This document shows, in pieces, positions 51,501 through 64,000 of a stretch of 64,000 bases of DNA (position 1 is its first letter; each line of letters opens with the position of its first letter). Under the pieces are notes generated by a model. It had not been told where the DNA came from. It made no database searches and saw only the letters and a list, made by a program, of their open reading frames with translations. Origin of the DNA: Heterodontus francisci (lineage: Eukaryota); NCBI RefSeq assembly GCF_036365525.1, contig NC_090416.1, positions 16,712,945-16,776,944 on the forward strand. Direction: 5' to 3'. Made by a program: the position numbers and the translations under genes.

Positions 51501-53866
51501 GATATTTATCCTTCAATCAATATCACAAAAAAAAATCACCTGGGTCATTATCTCATTGTTATGTGTGTGGGATCATGCTGTGCACAAATTGGCTGCTGTG
51601 TTTCCTGCATTGCAACAGTTGACTAGACTTCAAAAAAAAAATACTTGGTTGGCTGTAAAGCGCTGTGGGACATTCTGAAGCTGTGAAAGGAGGCTCACTG
51701 TCACCTTCTCAGGGGGACAAATAGTGATGGACAATAAATGGCTGGTCTTACCAGAGATGCCCACATCTCGAGAATGAAGAAGTGCAGGTTCTGTCTCTCT
51801 GGACGCTGTGATGTCCCCTTGTAAAACATATTGAAACCAAATAGTTCTAAAAACATCTGCATAAATACAGCATCCTCAGACTCGAGATGAGGATTAAACC
51901 TGCATTTAATACCTCTTTAAGTGCGTGGCCCCTTTAAGGTGTGCTGAGGGACTGGGCTTTTCCAGCACTCTCTGTCCATTTACTCTTTGAGGTGATGCAA
52001 CCGATACTCTCTCCACAGCCGGGGGCTCAGTTAACAGCCCTTCCCTCTTATGGCCCCTAGTTCTGCTCTCACCCGCAAGTGGAAACGTCTCGCATTATCG
52101 AGTCCTTACATAACCTTAAAGGCCTCCATCAGGTCCTACCCTCCACCCCACACCCCCCCCCCCCCACCCCCCTCCCTCTCAGTCTTCTCTTTTCAACCTA
52201 TCCTGGTAGCCTATCTCAGTACTGGTACCATCCCAGCACATCTTTTCTTGCACCTTCTCCAGTGTCATTTTATAATATGGAGACGGGAACAGTGCACAGT
52301 AATTCCAAGTGTGGTCTAACTGAGGTTCCCTACAAGTTTGACTTAATGTATCTGCTTCTCAATTCTATCCCTCGAGAAATTAACCCCGGTGTTTGGATTG
52401 CTTTTTATATGGCCTTATTCAGCAGCATTGCTGCAGTTACTCTATCACCCTCGATCCACAACCCAATTTAGACTCTTTCTTCCCCACCTCCCCCTCCCTC
52501 CAGGACTAGGTGACCTCATTCATCCTCCCAAAAAGTAGCACCTCACACTTATCCATACTGACCTTCATTTGCCAATTACACACCCATTCTGCATGTCCTG
52601 TCATTTGTGATGGACCTAATATTAACTGCAGCCTCCCCCAATTTGGAGTCATCAGCAAACTCTCAAATTGTACCTGGGGCTAGTCTGTCCCGTGCCATCC
52701 CATCTCTCGGACCGGGATAGTGAGCAGTTCTCCCTGGGAGGGACAGTATTTTATTCCAAACAGAGGCTTTTCCTGTAAATCACATACAATGATGGTCTAG
52801 TATGGGAGAAACTACACTTTAGGATGGGAGGATTGTTGAGAGGGTGCAGAGGAGGTTTACTGGAATGGTTCCAGGGATGGGGGAATTCTAGTTATAAGGT
52901 CAGCCTGGAGAAGCTGGGATTGTTTTCCTTGGAGCGAAGGAGATTGCAGGGAGATTTAATAGAGGTGGACAAGATTATGACAGATCTGGATGGAGTAGAC
53001 AAGGATAAACAGTTCCCATTAACTGATGGTACAAGGGATAGGGGACACAGATTGAAAGTTTTGGGCAAGAGATACGGGGGAGGGGGGGGGGGGATGTGAG
53101 GAAGAATTTATTTATTATTAAATGCAGTGAGTGACAATGACCTGGAACTCACTGCCTACCAGAGTGGTGGAAGGGGGAGACAATGATTTCAGTTAGAAAC
53201 TGGGGGGGCGGGGGGGGGGGGGGGCACTTGAAGGAAATAAATTCGCAGGGGCCACGGGGGGAGTGGGACTGACTGGATTGCACTACGGGGAGCTGGCACG
53301 GACCCGAGGGGCCGAATAGCCTCCTTCTGCGCCAGAAATAAAATCGAAGACGTTTAAAATAGTTAACTCTGCTTGAATATTTTTTTATTAAATCTGCCCA
53401 AAAGAAAAATCCTCAAATTGCCAAAATTCGTACAGTTAACCACTGACTTGCACCAATATCCACCTCAACTCACCCCAACGCCGCCCCCCCCACCACCAAA
53501 AAATAACAGAGCAATTTGAATTCATGTCATCTTTATTAAAACAGCCACACACACAGAGATACACTTTTCAATTCTAACAAATGGTACTGCTGAGAGAAAG
53601 GAGAGAGGGAGCAGAACCCATCCAGCTCCAAATGGGAATGTACTCCCGGGATAGGTGGTCCTGATATTCACTGTCACCCACCTGCGCCCCCCAGTTAAAA
53701 TTGGATCCAAAATTGGATCGTTAAACTGCGATTGAAGTGACTGTTTCAACATCGTTGGCCACATTTGCTACAGTGATTACATTGTAAAACAACAACAACA
53801 ACATTCCACATATTGAATAATATTTCATCAGCAATAAATCAAACTCTAAACCCCAGCTGCCCCCTC

Positions 53867-54195
53867 TCAGTCGGAACAAGCGGTGGAGCTGATGGTTTTG
53901 AGGAGAGGTGAGCTCAGAGAGCCGTGGTCCACACTGCAGGTATAGCTGGAGCCCTTATTCCAGGCAGTGGCGGGGACTCTCAGGTAACTGCTCAGGCTGT
54001 AGGTTTGATCACTGTCCGTGGACACGGTGCCTGTGGTCACCCCGCTGTCTGTCTCTTTATCATCCACTCTCCAGAGAACCCGCACGAAACCCGGCTTAAA
54101 GCGGCTCACCAGGCAGGACAGAGTAGCCCATCCCGAGTCTATTTCTTCCGAGGAAGGAGGGAGCAGCAGAACTGATGGTTTCCGATCCTCACTAC
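53867..54195 (-). CDS. C exon, cluster 4
   Basis: Protein identical to C1. Confidence 0.96.
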
Positions 54196-55531
54196 CTGTG
54201 TGTGTGAGAGACAGGGTGGAAGAAAGGAATCTCACTGTTAGTATCAATCATTTTTTCTAAAAGGCACATCCAGAATTAGTAACACATACTATAATTTAAA
54301 ACAAACATTTAACTTGACTTCAGACTTAGGTAGAGACAGTAAATAATATAATAGCCTGAGTGTTTCCAGCACTCGATTTCAGATTTCCAGCATCTGCAGG
54401 ATTTTGCTTTGATTGGATTAAAATTAAATATTTAGTCCAATCTTAACTCCCTGTCAATTGAGAGCTGGACTTGTACATGGATTCGAGACATTCAATATAA
54501 ATTAATTAACTGAATATTAAATACAACAGACAATATCGAATTGTTTAAAATTCAGGGGCAGATTAAAATCAAACGTTTAAAAATTGAGGAAGTTTCACAT
54601 TTCGGATAGGCTGTACTGGAGGTCTTATGGAGGTGCTCGGAGTATGTATTGGGAGTAACTCAACCTCCCAGATCCACACTCAGAGTTCGGTGATCACCTC
54701 ACCAGGAAAAATTCTTTATTTAAATAAAAAAGTTTTAAAAGTAATAAAGTTCGGGGCGGTTTCCATTTAGAAAGTAGGTTAGACACTTCACATGAACGAA
54801 CGACAGCCGGAAGGAGGGGGCTGGGAAGGGAGACGGGGGCTGGGGGGTAGAGAGACCGGGTGCGTTAGGAACAGACAAGATGGGGGGAGGGGGCGCAGAA
54901 TGAGGCCATTCGGTCCATCGAGTCCCTGCCGCAGTTTAACCCACTTCCCAACTTTGGGAGTCTTTTTTTGAGGTGGGGAAGGGGGTGCTAGTGTCAAACT
55001 CGACCCCCTTTGAGTGTGAGTAAAATTCCTGTTTGTAAATCTTCCAGCAACACCCGGGGCAGGCTCGCTATTTATACAACAGTGCAGCGAATAGACGGAG
55101 AATTCCACGCCAGCTCACAGCAGACCTGGCCGAACAGACTCGAGGGGCTGAATGGCCTTTTTCCCCTGTTCATTCTGCATTTTTTTTTTGCCAATGGAGT
55201 TTTTCCTCGGTTCTGAGGAAAGGTCAGAGACCCGAAACTGTTCACCGTTTCTCCCTCTCTCTCCGCAGAGGCTGCCCAGACCTGCTGAGTATTTCCAGCA
55301 TCTTCTGTTTTTTTTATTTCAGATTTCCAGCATCCGCAATTGTTTTGCTGCTATTTTAGTGTTTATTTTTCTACCCTCCAGAATCCAAATTCCCAGCACT
55401 GAATCAGTGGACAGAAAAATAAAAATCTGAGCCAATTTTTTTTCACCGTTATCAGGGCAGATCCGATTCTGCAACAATAAATGAATAAATAATTGAAACA
55501 ATATGAATGATAGGATGAGGGAATTACTTAC

Positions 55532-55568
55532 TCCGTAAACTCAGGGCGGTCCCAGGTCCGAAGGTAAA
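55532..55568 (-). CDS. J segment, cluster 4
   Basis: Identical to J1. Confidence 0.96.
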
Positions 55569-55607
55569 CACAGTGCAGTGTTTTAATGGGACGGGTCACC
55601 TAAAACC
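55569..55607 (+). promoter_or_regulatory. 23-RSS of J4
   Basis: CACAGTG-23 nt-CCTAAAACC. Confidence 0.93.
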
Positions 55608-55919
55608 CAGGCTGGGAAGAAAGAGGGGAAAATATTAATAATCTGTCCTTTATTACATTCCCTTTCACATTCTGCCTTTCACTGGGGCCGGAATGCTGAG
55701 AGTCTGGAGAAGGATTTTCACATATCAGTGAGGAAACCCTGAGAATATCAGTGTTTACCTACCCAGCTAATAGTCCAAATATTGGGGAAAATCCAAATAA
55801 ACCCATGGAATTCCAGTGAGATTTTCCACAAGTATAAGGAATATTTCTGAAGCTCATCACACAGTCTCAGGCAGGAATATTTCAGTAGCTGTTGGAATTC
55901 TGAGTGGTTCTGTTGGTGC

Positions 55920-55947
55920 AGTTTTTGTATTGCCCTGTCTCACTGTG
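55920..55947 (-). promoter_or_regulatory. 12-RSS of V4
   Basis: CACAGTG-12 nt-ACAAAAACT. Confidence 0.96.
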
Positions 55948-56275
55948 TATGTAGCTGCTGAGGTATCCTCGGCAGCACAGTAATAGACGGCGGAGTCTCC
56001 CGGTTCCAAGCTGCCGATGGTCAGAATGTGACTGTTACTGGAGGTGTCTCTGGAAGGTTTAAAACGGTCCGTGAAGCCGGTGCCTCGATTGATGCTACCA
56101 CTTGTAGAGTGGGCTAACACCCACACCGGAGCCTCCCCGGGTCTCTGTCGGTACCAGTACATGTTGTAACTGCCCACATTGCCGTTCTGCATCGCACACT
56201 TTAACTCGGAGGTCTCACCGGCGGAGACTGGGTCTGAAATTGGGGTCTGATTGAGGACAGGAACCGCCAGGACAC
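55948..56275 (-). CDS. V exon, cluster 4
   Basis: Open frame; ..VWVLAHSTSGSINRG..YYCAAEDTS. Confidence 0.96.
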
Positions 56276-56437
56276 CTTCAACACAAAACACAAGAGAGAG
56301 AAAAACACATTCAGTTTATTGGGGCAAAAAAGCACACTGATAAATAAACAGGCCGGGCTACCAAATCCCTTTGCTTCCTAATCTAATGGTTTACAAATGA
56401 ATAATTGAGTAACGTTCTGTTAACATAAGTCTCTCAC

Positions 56438-56486
56438 CTGTTAAATGGAGTAGCAGGGTCCCCAGGAGATACATTACTGCAGCCAT
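56438..56486 (-). CDS. Leader exon, cluster 4
   Basis: Same as cluster 1 leader. Confidence 0.92.
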
Positions 56487-56608
56487 TCCCTCTGGGGGGG
56501 AAAAAAACCCGTGAAGAATTAGAGAGCAGGGTTTTACTGTAACTCCAGAAAGTGGATCCAGTTACAGTGCCGGACAAGGTGAGACCAGTATCTATTATAT
56601 GAACCTGT

Positions 56609-56616
56609 ATGCAAAT
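56609..56616 (-). promoter_or_regulatory. V4 promoter octamer
   Basis: ATGCAAAT on the + strand. Confidence 0.88.
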
Positions 56617-57588
56617 ACAGGGAGGGTTGAGAGGAGCAGGGGCGGCGGGGGGGCGGGGGGGGGGGGGGGGGTGGACCAGATTTTTTTGATTGAGCCTCTT
56701 TTGGTCCCCAATTAAACATTTCCATGTATTTATTTCCACCGAGTTGAGGGTTAATTCACAATAATTTCTGATTTTAACCCCTCCTTCTCATGTCAAGAAT
56801 GTGAGGTTTAAAAGAACAACTGTCGAAATTGCACATTTTATCCCAGATGGACAAAAACAAAAGCCCTTCAGAATCCAGTGCCTTAAATTCATCCAGAACA
56901 AGTTTAACCCAGCGATCGTTAAGGATTTGTTTTTTTTTATATTTGGGTCTGCAATGTGTACTTAAACACATATCTTTATATCCAACACGCTGGTGTTTGC
57001 AACAAAGCAGTTCATTGGAAGGATTGGAATGGAAGAGATTGACTGGACTGCTTCTCTCAGCTGCTCTTTTTTCCTATCCGCCACTGTACAAGTGCACTGC
57101 TTGTCCTGGCGTTTGAGCCGAGTGTGGGGTCAAAACACTCGTTTCTCACTCAGGCCGACGTTCAGAAACAGCCAGAATCAACTCCAATATCCGTTTTAAT
57201 TGGTAATGCAACGAGGAGTGAGATTCTGACCGGGCAAGCTGACTGCTCGGATAGTTTCTGTGTTGTGTCCGGATCCTGTGTTAAGTCCAGTTTCAATGAA
57301 ATGTGTTTTCCTGCTGCAACAGTTCCTGCCCTGACTTTTTTTTTGTTGCAACTAAACCACATGTATCGGAACCCCAGTCCCAGGAATACATTTGTTTTAA
57401 CATTCCATTTCAGATGTTTTATGTCAATCACTCGATGCCAAGGGAAAACTTGCAACAAGTTGCCCGTGAGAGGAGTTAGTTTCTTTAAAATGAATATTTT
57501 CTATCTTTTTATTTAAAATTCACTTAATTGGATGTGGACATCACTTGGCCCTGCCCGCATTTATTGCCCATCCCTCATTGCCGTTGAG

Positions 57589-57940
57589 GGCGGCACAGTG
57601 GCGCAGTGGTTAGCACTGCAGCCTCACAGCTCCAGGGACCCGGGTTCGATTCCGGGTACTGCCTGTGTGGAGTTTGCAAGTTCTCCCTGTGTCTGCGTGG
57701 GTTTTCTCCGGGTGCTCCGGTTTCCTCCCACAAGCCAAAAGACTTGCAGGTTGATAGGTAAATTGGCCATTATAAATTGTCACTAATATAGGTAGGTGGT
57801 AGGGTAATATAGGGACAGGTGGGGATGTTTGGTGGGAATATGGGATTAGTGTAGGATTAGTATAAATGGGTGGTTGATGTTCGGCACAGACTCGGTGGGC
57901 CGAAGGGACTGTTTCATTGCTGTATCTCTAATCTAATCTA
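57589..57940 (+). mobile_element. tRNA-derived SINE (HE1-like), unit 4
   Basis: Same insertion site as units 2 and 3. Confidence 0.9.
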
Positions 57941-58942
57941 AAGGTGGTGGTGGAGTCGCCTTCTTGAACTGCTACAGTGCAGTGGTTTTTGTACAACAGA
58001 ACTGAGGGCAGTTAAGAGTCAACCACATTGCCGTGGGTCTGGAGTCACATGTAGGCCAGACCAGGTGAGGACGGCAGATTTCCTTCCCGAAAAGGACATT
58101 TGTCAACCAGATGTTTTTTTGTTAATGAACATTCAATGGTAGTTTTATGGTCACCATTTCTGAGACTAGGTTTCAATTCCAATTTTTCTTTTTATTAATT
58201 AGTTGAATTTAAATTCCATGGTGGGATTTGAACACGTGTCTCCAGAGCATTATCCTGGGCCTCTGGATTAGTAATATCTAGTGACATTACCACTACGCCA
58301 CCTTGTGATGGATCAATATTAATTCTAGAAATGTGATAGGATTTGAGCCAGTGAAAGGGGGAGGGTGGGAAGAAGAACAGCAGGGAAGGTCTGTGACAGG
58401 GGTGGAGGGCAAGAGAGATTAAATGACAAAAAGGGTTTCAAGGTGCAAAGCCAAAGGGAGTGGTAATGAAAGATGTGTCTGGACGAGGTGTGAATGGCAG
58501 GTACTGAACACAAGGTAAAGGAAATAAGAGGTAAACAAGAGAGATAAAATAACAAATCAGCAGAAAAAAAGGGAAACAAAAATGAGGGCAGGGGGTTTAC
58601 AAACTAAAATTGTAGAATTCAGTGTTGAGTCCGGAAGGCTGTAGAGTGCCCAGTCGAAAGATGAGGTGCTGTTCCTGGAGTTAGTCTCCTAATACTGACA
58701 TGTTCAGTCAAGTCAGTGTCGACTAGCTGCCCCCTAGACAGAGAATTTGACCCCTCCCCCATTAAAAATCCGTTTCTGATTGGTCTCCACAGCAGAAACA
58801 GACCCACCTCCCTCCCCTCCCACCAGGCAGATTCTCTGGGTCATTTTCAACTAACCCTAACCTGCATTACTATAGAGACCTCAGGATGTCCTAAAGACAG
58901 ACAAATAAACACCTGTTTTGAAGTTTGGTCATTGTAACATCG

Positions 58943-59105
58943 TAACCCAATGCACAATGGAAATAAATATTTGGAAATGTTTAATCAGGGACAAATATAT
59001 TTTTAATAAAGTGTTTTCCCCTGCTCCCCTTGACCCCCTCCCTGTATTTGCATATTGACTAATATATAGATACTAGTCTTCTCCGGGTTCCCGGAGTGAC
59101 AGTAA
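58943..59105 (+). promoter_or_regulatory. Inverted orphan V-promoter paralog, unit 4 (octamer 59046-59053)
   Basis: As in unit 1. Confidence 0.8.
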
Positions 59106-59557
59106 TCTTGTTGAAGTGAAAGCACAATTGCTAAATGTGTGAGAAGCTGAACTCAGCTTTGCCCATGTAGTTGAATGGAGAGTGCACATATGTAGTTAAA
59201 TGGAGTCATCCACGTATGTAGTTAAATGGAGTGTGCCAGTGTGTAGTAAAATGGGGTTGTGCACATGTCTAATGGAAAGCAGTTCAGCACCTCTAGGTTC
59301 ATAGAATCTCTCACTTTGCACGGCAGGTGTCTCATGGCTGCAGCTTTGCCCAGGGAGCCTACCCGGTTCACACAGGATAGGCCAGGTGTTAAAGCAAGAG
59401 CATTTGGTGCTGCCTATTGAAGCTTGCACAGCGGTTAAAGGAAAATACAATTAAAGTTCACAAGATGGGAATCTTGTAAAGTGTCAGCCATGGCCTCGTG
59501 GGTTCAAGTCCCAATCCAGAGACTTGAGCACAAAAAACAGTCTCACATTCCCCGTGT

Positions 59558-59785
59558 AGTACTGAGGGAGCGCTGCACTGTCGGAGGGTCAGTACTGAGG
59601 GAGTGCGGCACTGTCTGAGGGTCAGTACTGAGGGAGTGCTGCACTGTCAGAGGGTCAGTACTGAGGGAAAGCTGTATTGTCGGAGGGTCAGTACTGAGGG
59701 AGTGCTGCACTGTCAGAGGGTCAGTACTGAGAGAGTGCTGCACTGTCAGAGGGTCAGTACTGAGGGAGTGCTGCTCTGTCTGAGG
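59558..59785 (+). repeat. 33-bp minisatellite, ~7 units
   Basis: Read directly from the sequence. Confidence 0.93.
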
Positions 59786-60787
59786 TGCTATCTTCACAAG
59801 TCCCCCTCAGGTGGACATTATCGATCCCATGACTCTATTTGAAGGAGAGCAGGTGCCCTGGACAATATATATTCCAACATTAACACCTAAAACTGTAACT
59901 GGTCATTATCACATTGCTATTTGTGGGAGCTTGCTGTGTAAATGACTGTCAGATTTCCTGCATTTCAACAGTGACTACACTTCAAAACACACTTCAAAAG
60001 TACGTCATTAGATGTAAACCACTTTGGGGCAGCCTAGTGATCAGACCTCTCTGTCTCTCCATCTGTCTATCTNNNNNNNNNNNNNNNNNNNNNNNNNNNN
60101 NNNNNNNNNNNNNNNNNNNNNNNNNNNNNNNNNNNNNNNNNNNNNNNNNNNNNNNNNNNNNNNNNNNNNNNNNNNNNNNNNNNNNNNNNNNNNNNNNNNN
60201 NNNNNNNNNNNNNNNNNNNNNNNNNNNNNNNNNNNNNNNNNNNNNNNNNNNNNNNNNNNNNNNNNNNNNNNNNNNNNNNNNNNNNNNNNNNNNNNNNNNN
60301 NNNNNNNNNNNNNNNNNNNNNNNNNNNNNNNNNNNNNNNNNNNNNNNNNNNNNNNNNNNNNNNNNNNNNNNNNNNNNNNNNNNNNNNNNNNNNNNNNNNN
60401 NNNNNNNNNNNNNNNNNNNNNNNNNNNNNNNNNNNNNNNNNNNNNNNNNNNNNNNNNNNNNNNNNNNNNNNNNNNNNNNNNNNNNNNNNNNNNNNNNNNN
60501 NNNNNNNNNNNNNNNNNNNNNNNNNNNNNNNNNNNNNNNNNNNNNNNNNNNNNNNNNNNNNNNNNNNNNNNNNNNNNNNNNNNNNNNNNNNNNNNNNNNN
60601 NNNNNNNNNNNNNNNNNNNNNNNNNNNNNNNNNNNNNNNNNNNNNNNNNNNNNNNNNNNNNNNNNNNNNNNNNNNNNNNNNNNNNNNNNNNNNNNNNNNN
60701 NNNNNNNNNNNNNNNNNNNNNNNNNNNNNNNNNNNNNNNNNNNNNNNNNNNNNNNNNNNNNNNNNNNNNNNNNNNNNNNNNNNNNNN

Positions 60788-63700
60788 TAGTTCCAGACCG
60801 ATAAGTTTAAAAAACTTACTTCGGGGATTCTCGCACCAGGCTGGGAGGGCGGAGTTAACCTCGGGAATTTTCGGAGCAAACTCGGAGATTCTCGGTCAGA
60901 CTCGGAGGCCGGAGTTAATCTCGTGGATTCTCGGACAGAGTCGGAGGGCGGAGTTTGTGTCGATGGGCCGAAGGGCCTGTTTCTATGCTGCATCTCTAAA
61001 TAAAAATAAAAATAAAAAAATAAAATAATATTTATAGTCGAAATCCAGCACTAGGGACCATATAGTTAATTATAACAGTTTAGTAAGGATTTAATAAGTA
61101 TTTATTTTATATTAATTAACTAATTAGTGATAGAAATGTCAGTTAAAGGGGTGAAGTGCTTCACCTGTGAGATGTGGGAAGTCCGTGACACTTCCAGCAT
61201 TCCGGGCGACTCCGCCTGCAGGAAGTTTACCCAGTTGCAGCTCCTCACAGACCACATGGATCGGTTGGAGCGGCAACTGGATGCACTTAGGAGCATGCAG
61301 GTGGCAGAGAGCGTCAAAGACAGGAGTTTTAGAGAAGTGGTTACATCCAATGTGCAGGCAGATAGATGGGTGACCGCTAGAAGGGGCAGGCAGTCAGTGC
61401 AGGAATCCCCTGTGGCTATCCCCCCTCGCTACACCATTTTGGATACTGTTGGGGGGGATGGCCTAGCAGGGGAAAACTAAAGCAGCAGCCAGAGCAGTGG
61501 CACCACACCTATCACTGTTGTTCAGCAGGGAGGGACAAAGCGCAGAAGAGCAATAGTTATAGGGGACTCTATAGTCAGGGGCACAGATAGGCGCGTCTGT
61601 GGACGTGAAAGAGACTCCAGGATGGTATGTTGCCTCCCTGGTGCCAGGGACAAGGATGTCTCTGAATGGACAGGGGGTATTCTGAAGGGCGAGGATGCAC
61701 AGCCAGAGGTTGTGGTACACATCGGTACCAATGACAGAGGCAGGAAGAGTGATGAGGTCCTGCAGGGGGAGTTTAGGGAGTTAGGTAGTAAGTTAAAAAA
61801 ACAGGACCTCTAGGGTTGTAATCTGTAGATTAGTCCCTGTGCCACGTGCCAGAGAGGCTAGAAATAGGAAGATACTGCAGCTAAACACGTGGCTGAGCAG
61901 CTGGTGTCGAAGGGAGGGTTTCAGATATCTGGACCATTGGGCTCTCTTCAGGGACAGATGGGACCTGTACAAGAAGGACGGGTTGCATCTAAACTGGAGG
62001 GGCACTAATATCCTGGCTGCAAAGTTTGCTAGCGTCACTCGGGAGGGTTTAAACTAGTGTGGCAGGGGGGTGGGAACCAGAACAGTGGGACAGCTAGAAA
62101 AATAAATGAGGAGGACATAGTAAATAAGGCCAGTAAGACTAAGAGGAAGAGCAGGCAGGAAGATGTTGCTGAGCACAGCAGGACTGGTGCTCTGAAGTGC
62201 ATTTCTTTCAATGCGAGAAGTATAGCAGGTAAGGCAGATGAACTTAGAGCTTGGATTAGTACTTGGAAATATGATGTTGTTGCTATTACAGAGACTTGGT
62301 TGAGGGAAGGGCAGGATTGGCAGCTAAATGTTCCAGGCTTTAGAAGCTTCAGGCGGGATAGAGGGGGATGTAAAAGGGATGGGGGAGTTGCATAACTGGT
62401 TAAGGAGAATATCGCAGCTGTACTGCGGGAGGACACCTCAGAGGGGTCATGCAGCGAGGCAATATGGGTGGAGCTCAGGAATAGGAAGGGTGCAGTCACG
62501 ATGTTGGGGGTTTACTACAGGCCTCCCAACAGCCAGCGGGAGGTAGAGGAGCAGATATGTAGACAGATTTTGGAAAGATGTAAAGGTAACAGGGTTGTGG
62601 TGGTGGGTGATTTTAACTTCCCCTATATTGACTGGGACTCACTTAGTGCTAGGGGTTTGGATGGGGCATAATTTGTGAGGAGCATCCAGGAGGGCTTCTT
62701 GAAGCAGTATGTAGATAGTCCAACTAGGGATAGGGCCATTCTGGACCTGGTATTGGGGAATGAGCCCGGCCAGGTGGTCGAAGTTTCAGTGGGGGAACAT
62801 TTCGGGAGCAGTGACCATTATTCCATAAGTTTTAAGGTACTTGTGGATAAGGATAAGAGTAGTCCTCGGGTGAAGGTGCGAAATTGGAGGAAGGCTAATT
62901 ATAACAATATTAGGCAGGAACTGAAGAATTTAGATTGGGGGCGGCTGTTTGAGAGTAAATCAACATCTGACATGTGGGGGAGTCTTTCAAACGTCAGCTG
63001 ATTAGAATCCAGGACCAGCATGTTCCTGTGAGCAAGAAAGACAAGTTTGGCATGTTTCGGGAAATTTGGAGAACACTGGATATTGTGAGCCTAGTCAAAA
63101 AGAAACAGGAAGCATTTGTAAGGGCTGGAAGGCTAGGAACAGACGAAGCACTTGAGGAATATAAAGACAGTGGGAAGGAACTTAAGCAAGTAGTTAGGAG
63201 GGCTAAAAGGAGTCATAAAAAGTCATTGGCAAACAGGATTAAGGAGAATCCCAAGGCTTTTTATACATATATAAAGAGCAAGAGGGTAACCAGGGAAAGG
63301 GTTGGCCCACTCAAGGATAGAGATGGGAATCTATGTGTGGAGCCAAAGGAAATGGGCGAGGTGCTAAATGAGTACTTTGCATCAGTATTCACCAAAGAGA
63401 AGGACTTGGTGGATGATGAGCCTAGGGAAGGGAGTGCAGATAGTCTCAGTCATGTCATTATTAAAAAGGAGGAGGTGTTGGGTGTCTTGCACAGCATTAA
63501 GGTAGATAAGTCCCCAGGGCCTGATGGGATCTACCCTAGAATACTGAGGGAGGCAAGGGAAGAAATTGCTGGGGCTTGACAGAAATCTTTGCATCATCAT
63601 TGGCTACAGGTGAGGCCCAAGAGGACTGGAGAAAAGCCAATGTTGTTCCTTTGTTTAAGAAGGGTGGCAAGGATAATCCAGGAAATTATAGGCCGGTGAG

Positions 63701-64000
63701 CCTTACGTCAGTGGTAGGTAAATTATTAGAGAGGATTCTTCGGGACAGAATTTACTCCCATTTGGAAACAAACGAACTTATTAGCGAGAGACAGCATGGT
63801 TTTGTGCAGGGGATGTCATGTCTTACTAATTTGATTGAGTTTTTTGAGGAAGTGACGAAGATGATTGATGAAGGAAGGGCAGTGGATGTTGTCTATATGG
63901 ACTTTATTAAAGCCTTTGAGAAGGTCCCGCATGGCAGACTGGTACAAAAGATAAAGTCACACGGGATCAGAGGTGAGCTGGCAAGATGGATACAGAACTG
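60788..64000 (+). mobile_element. Decayed CR1 LINE, unit 4 (runs off the window end)
   Basis: ORF1 and ORF2 motifs with stops and frameshifts. Confidence 0.95.

Larger units (their letters stand above)
48897..64000. repeat. Tandem duplication unit 4 (truncated by window end)
   Basis: Colinear copy ending inside the CR1 ORF2. Confidence 0.97.

Noticed and set aside
60073-60787. N-runs (also 10850-11005, 15328-15456, 27551-27750, 43653-43940, 44060-44290) and ORFs spanning them
   Set aside because: Unresolved or masked sequence adjoining TCTA microsatellites; ORFs through X residues are meaningless

Overview
Eukaryotic genomic DNA from a cartilaginous fish. The V, J and C proteins resemble, from recall rather than a search, horn shark (Heterodontus) type I / sigma-cart (NS5-like) immunoglobulin light chain. 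The window is a head-to-tail array of about four copies of a ~16 kb unit: position 1 recurs at 15606, 32499 and 48897, giving periods of 15605, 16893 and 16398 bp. Each unit has one apparently intact, unrearranged light-chain minilocus on the minus strand: octamer promoter, leader exon, V, 12-RSS, ~330 bp, 23-RSS, J, ~1.3 kb intron, C, AATAAA. Each unit also carries the same retroelements: a decayed near-full-length CR1 LINE within a TCTA/TCTG microsatellite, CR1 fragments, Penelope-like fragments and a Deu-domain SINE with a 33-bp VNTR. A tRNA-derived SINE is present in units 2-4 only. The core system (multicluster shark IgL) is known. The most interesting extra signals are: (1) an inverted, diverged paralog of the V promoter with a perfect octamer ~2 kb upstream of every V and no V gene behind it; (2) germline diversity confined to the CDRs, with a conversion-like CDR2 patch, while leader, J and C proteins are identical; (3) tight same-orientation spacing that would allow inter-cluster V-J joining or editing; (4) mosaic ancestry among the units. 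N-runs all fall in microsatellites, so unit order across them cannot be confirmed from this sequence.
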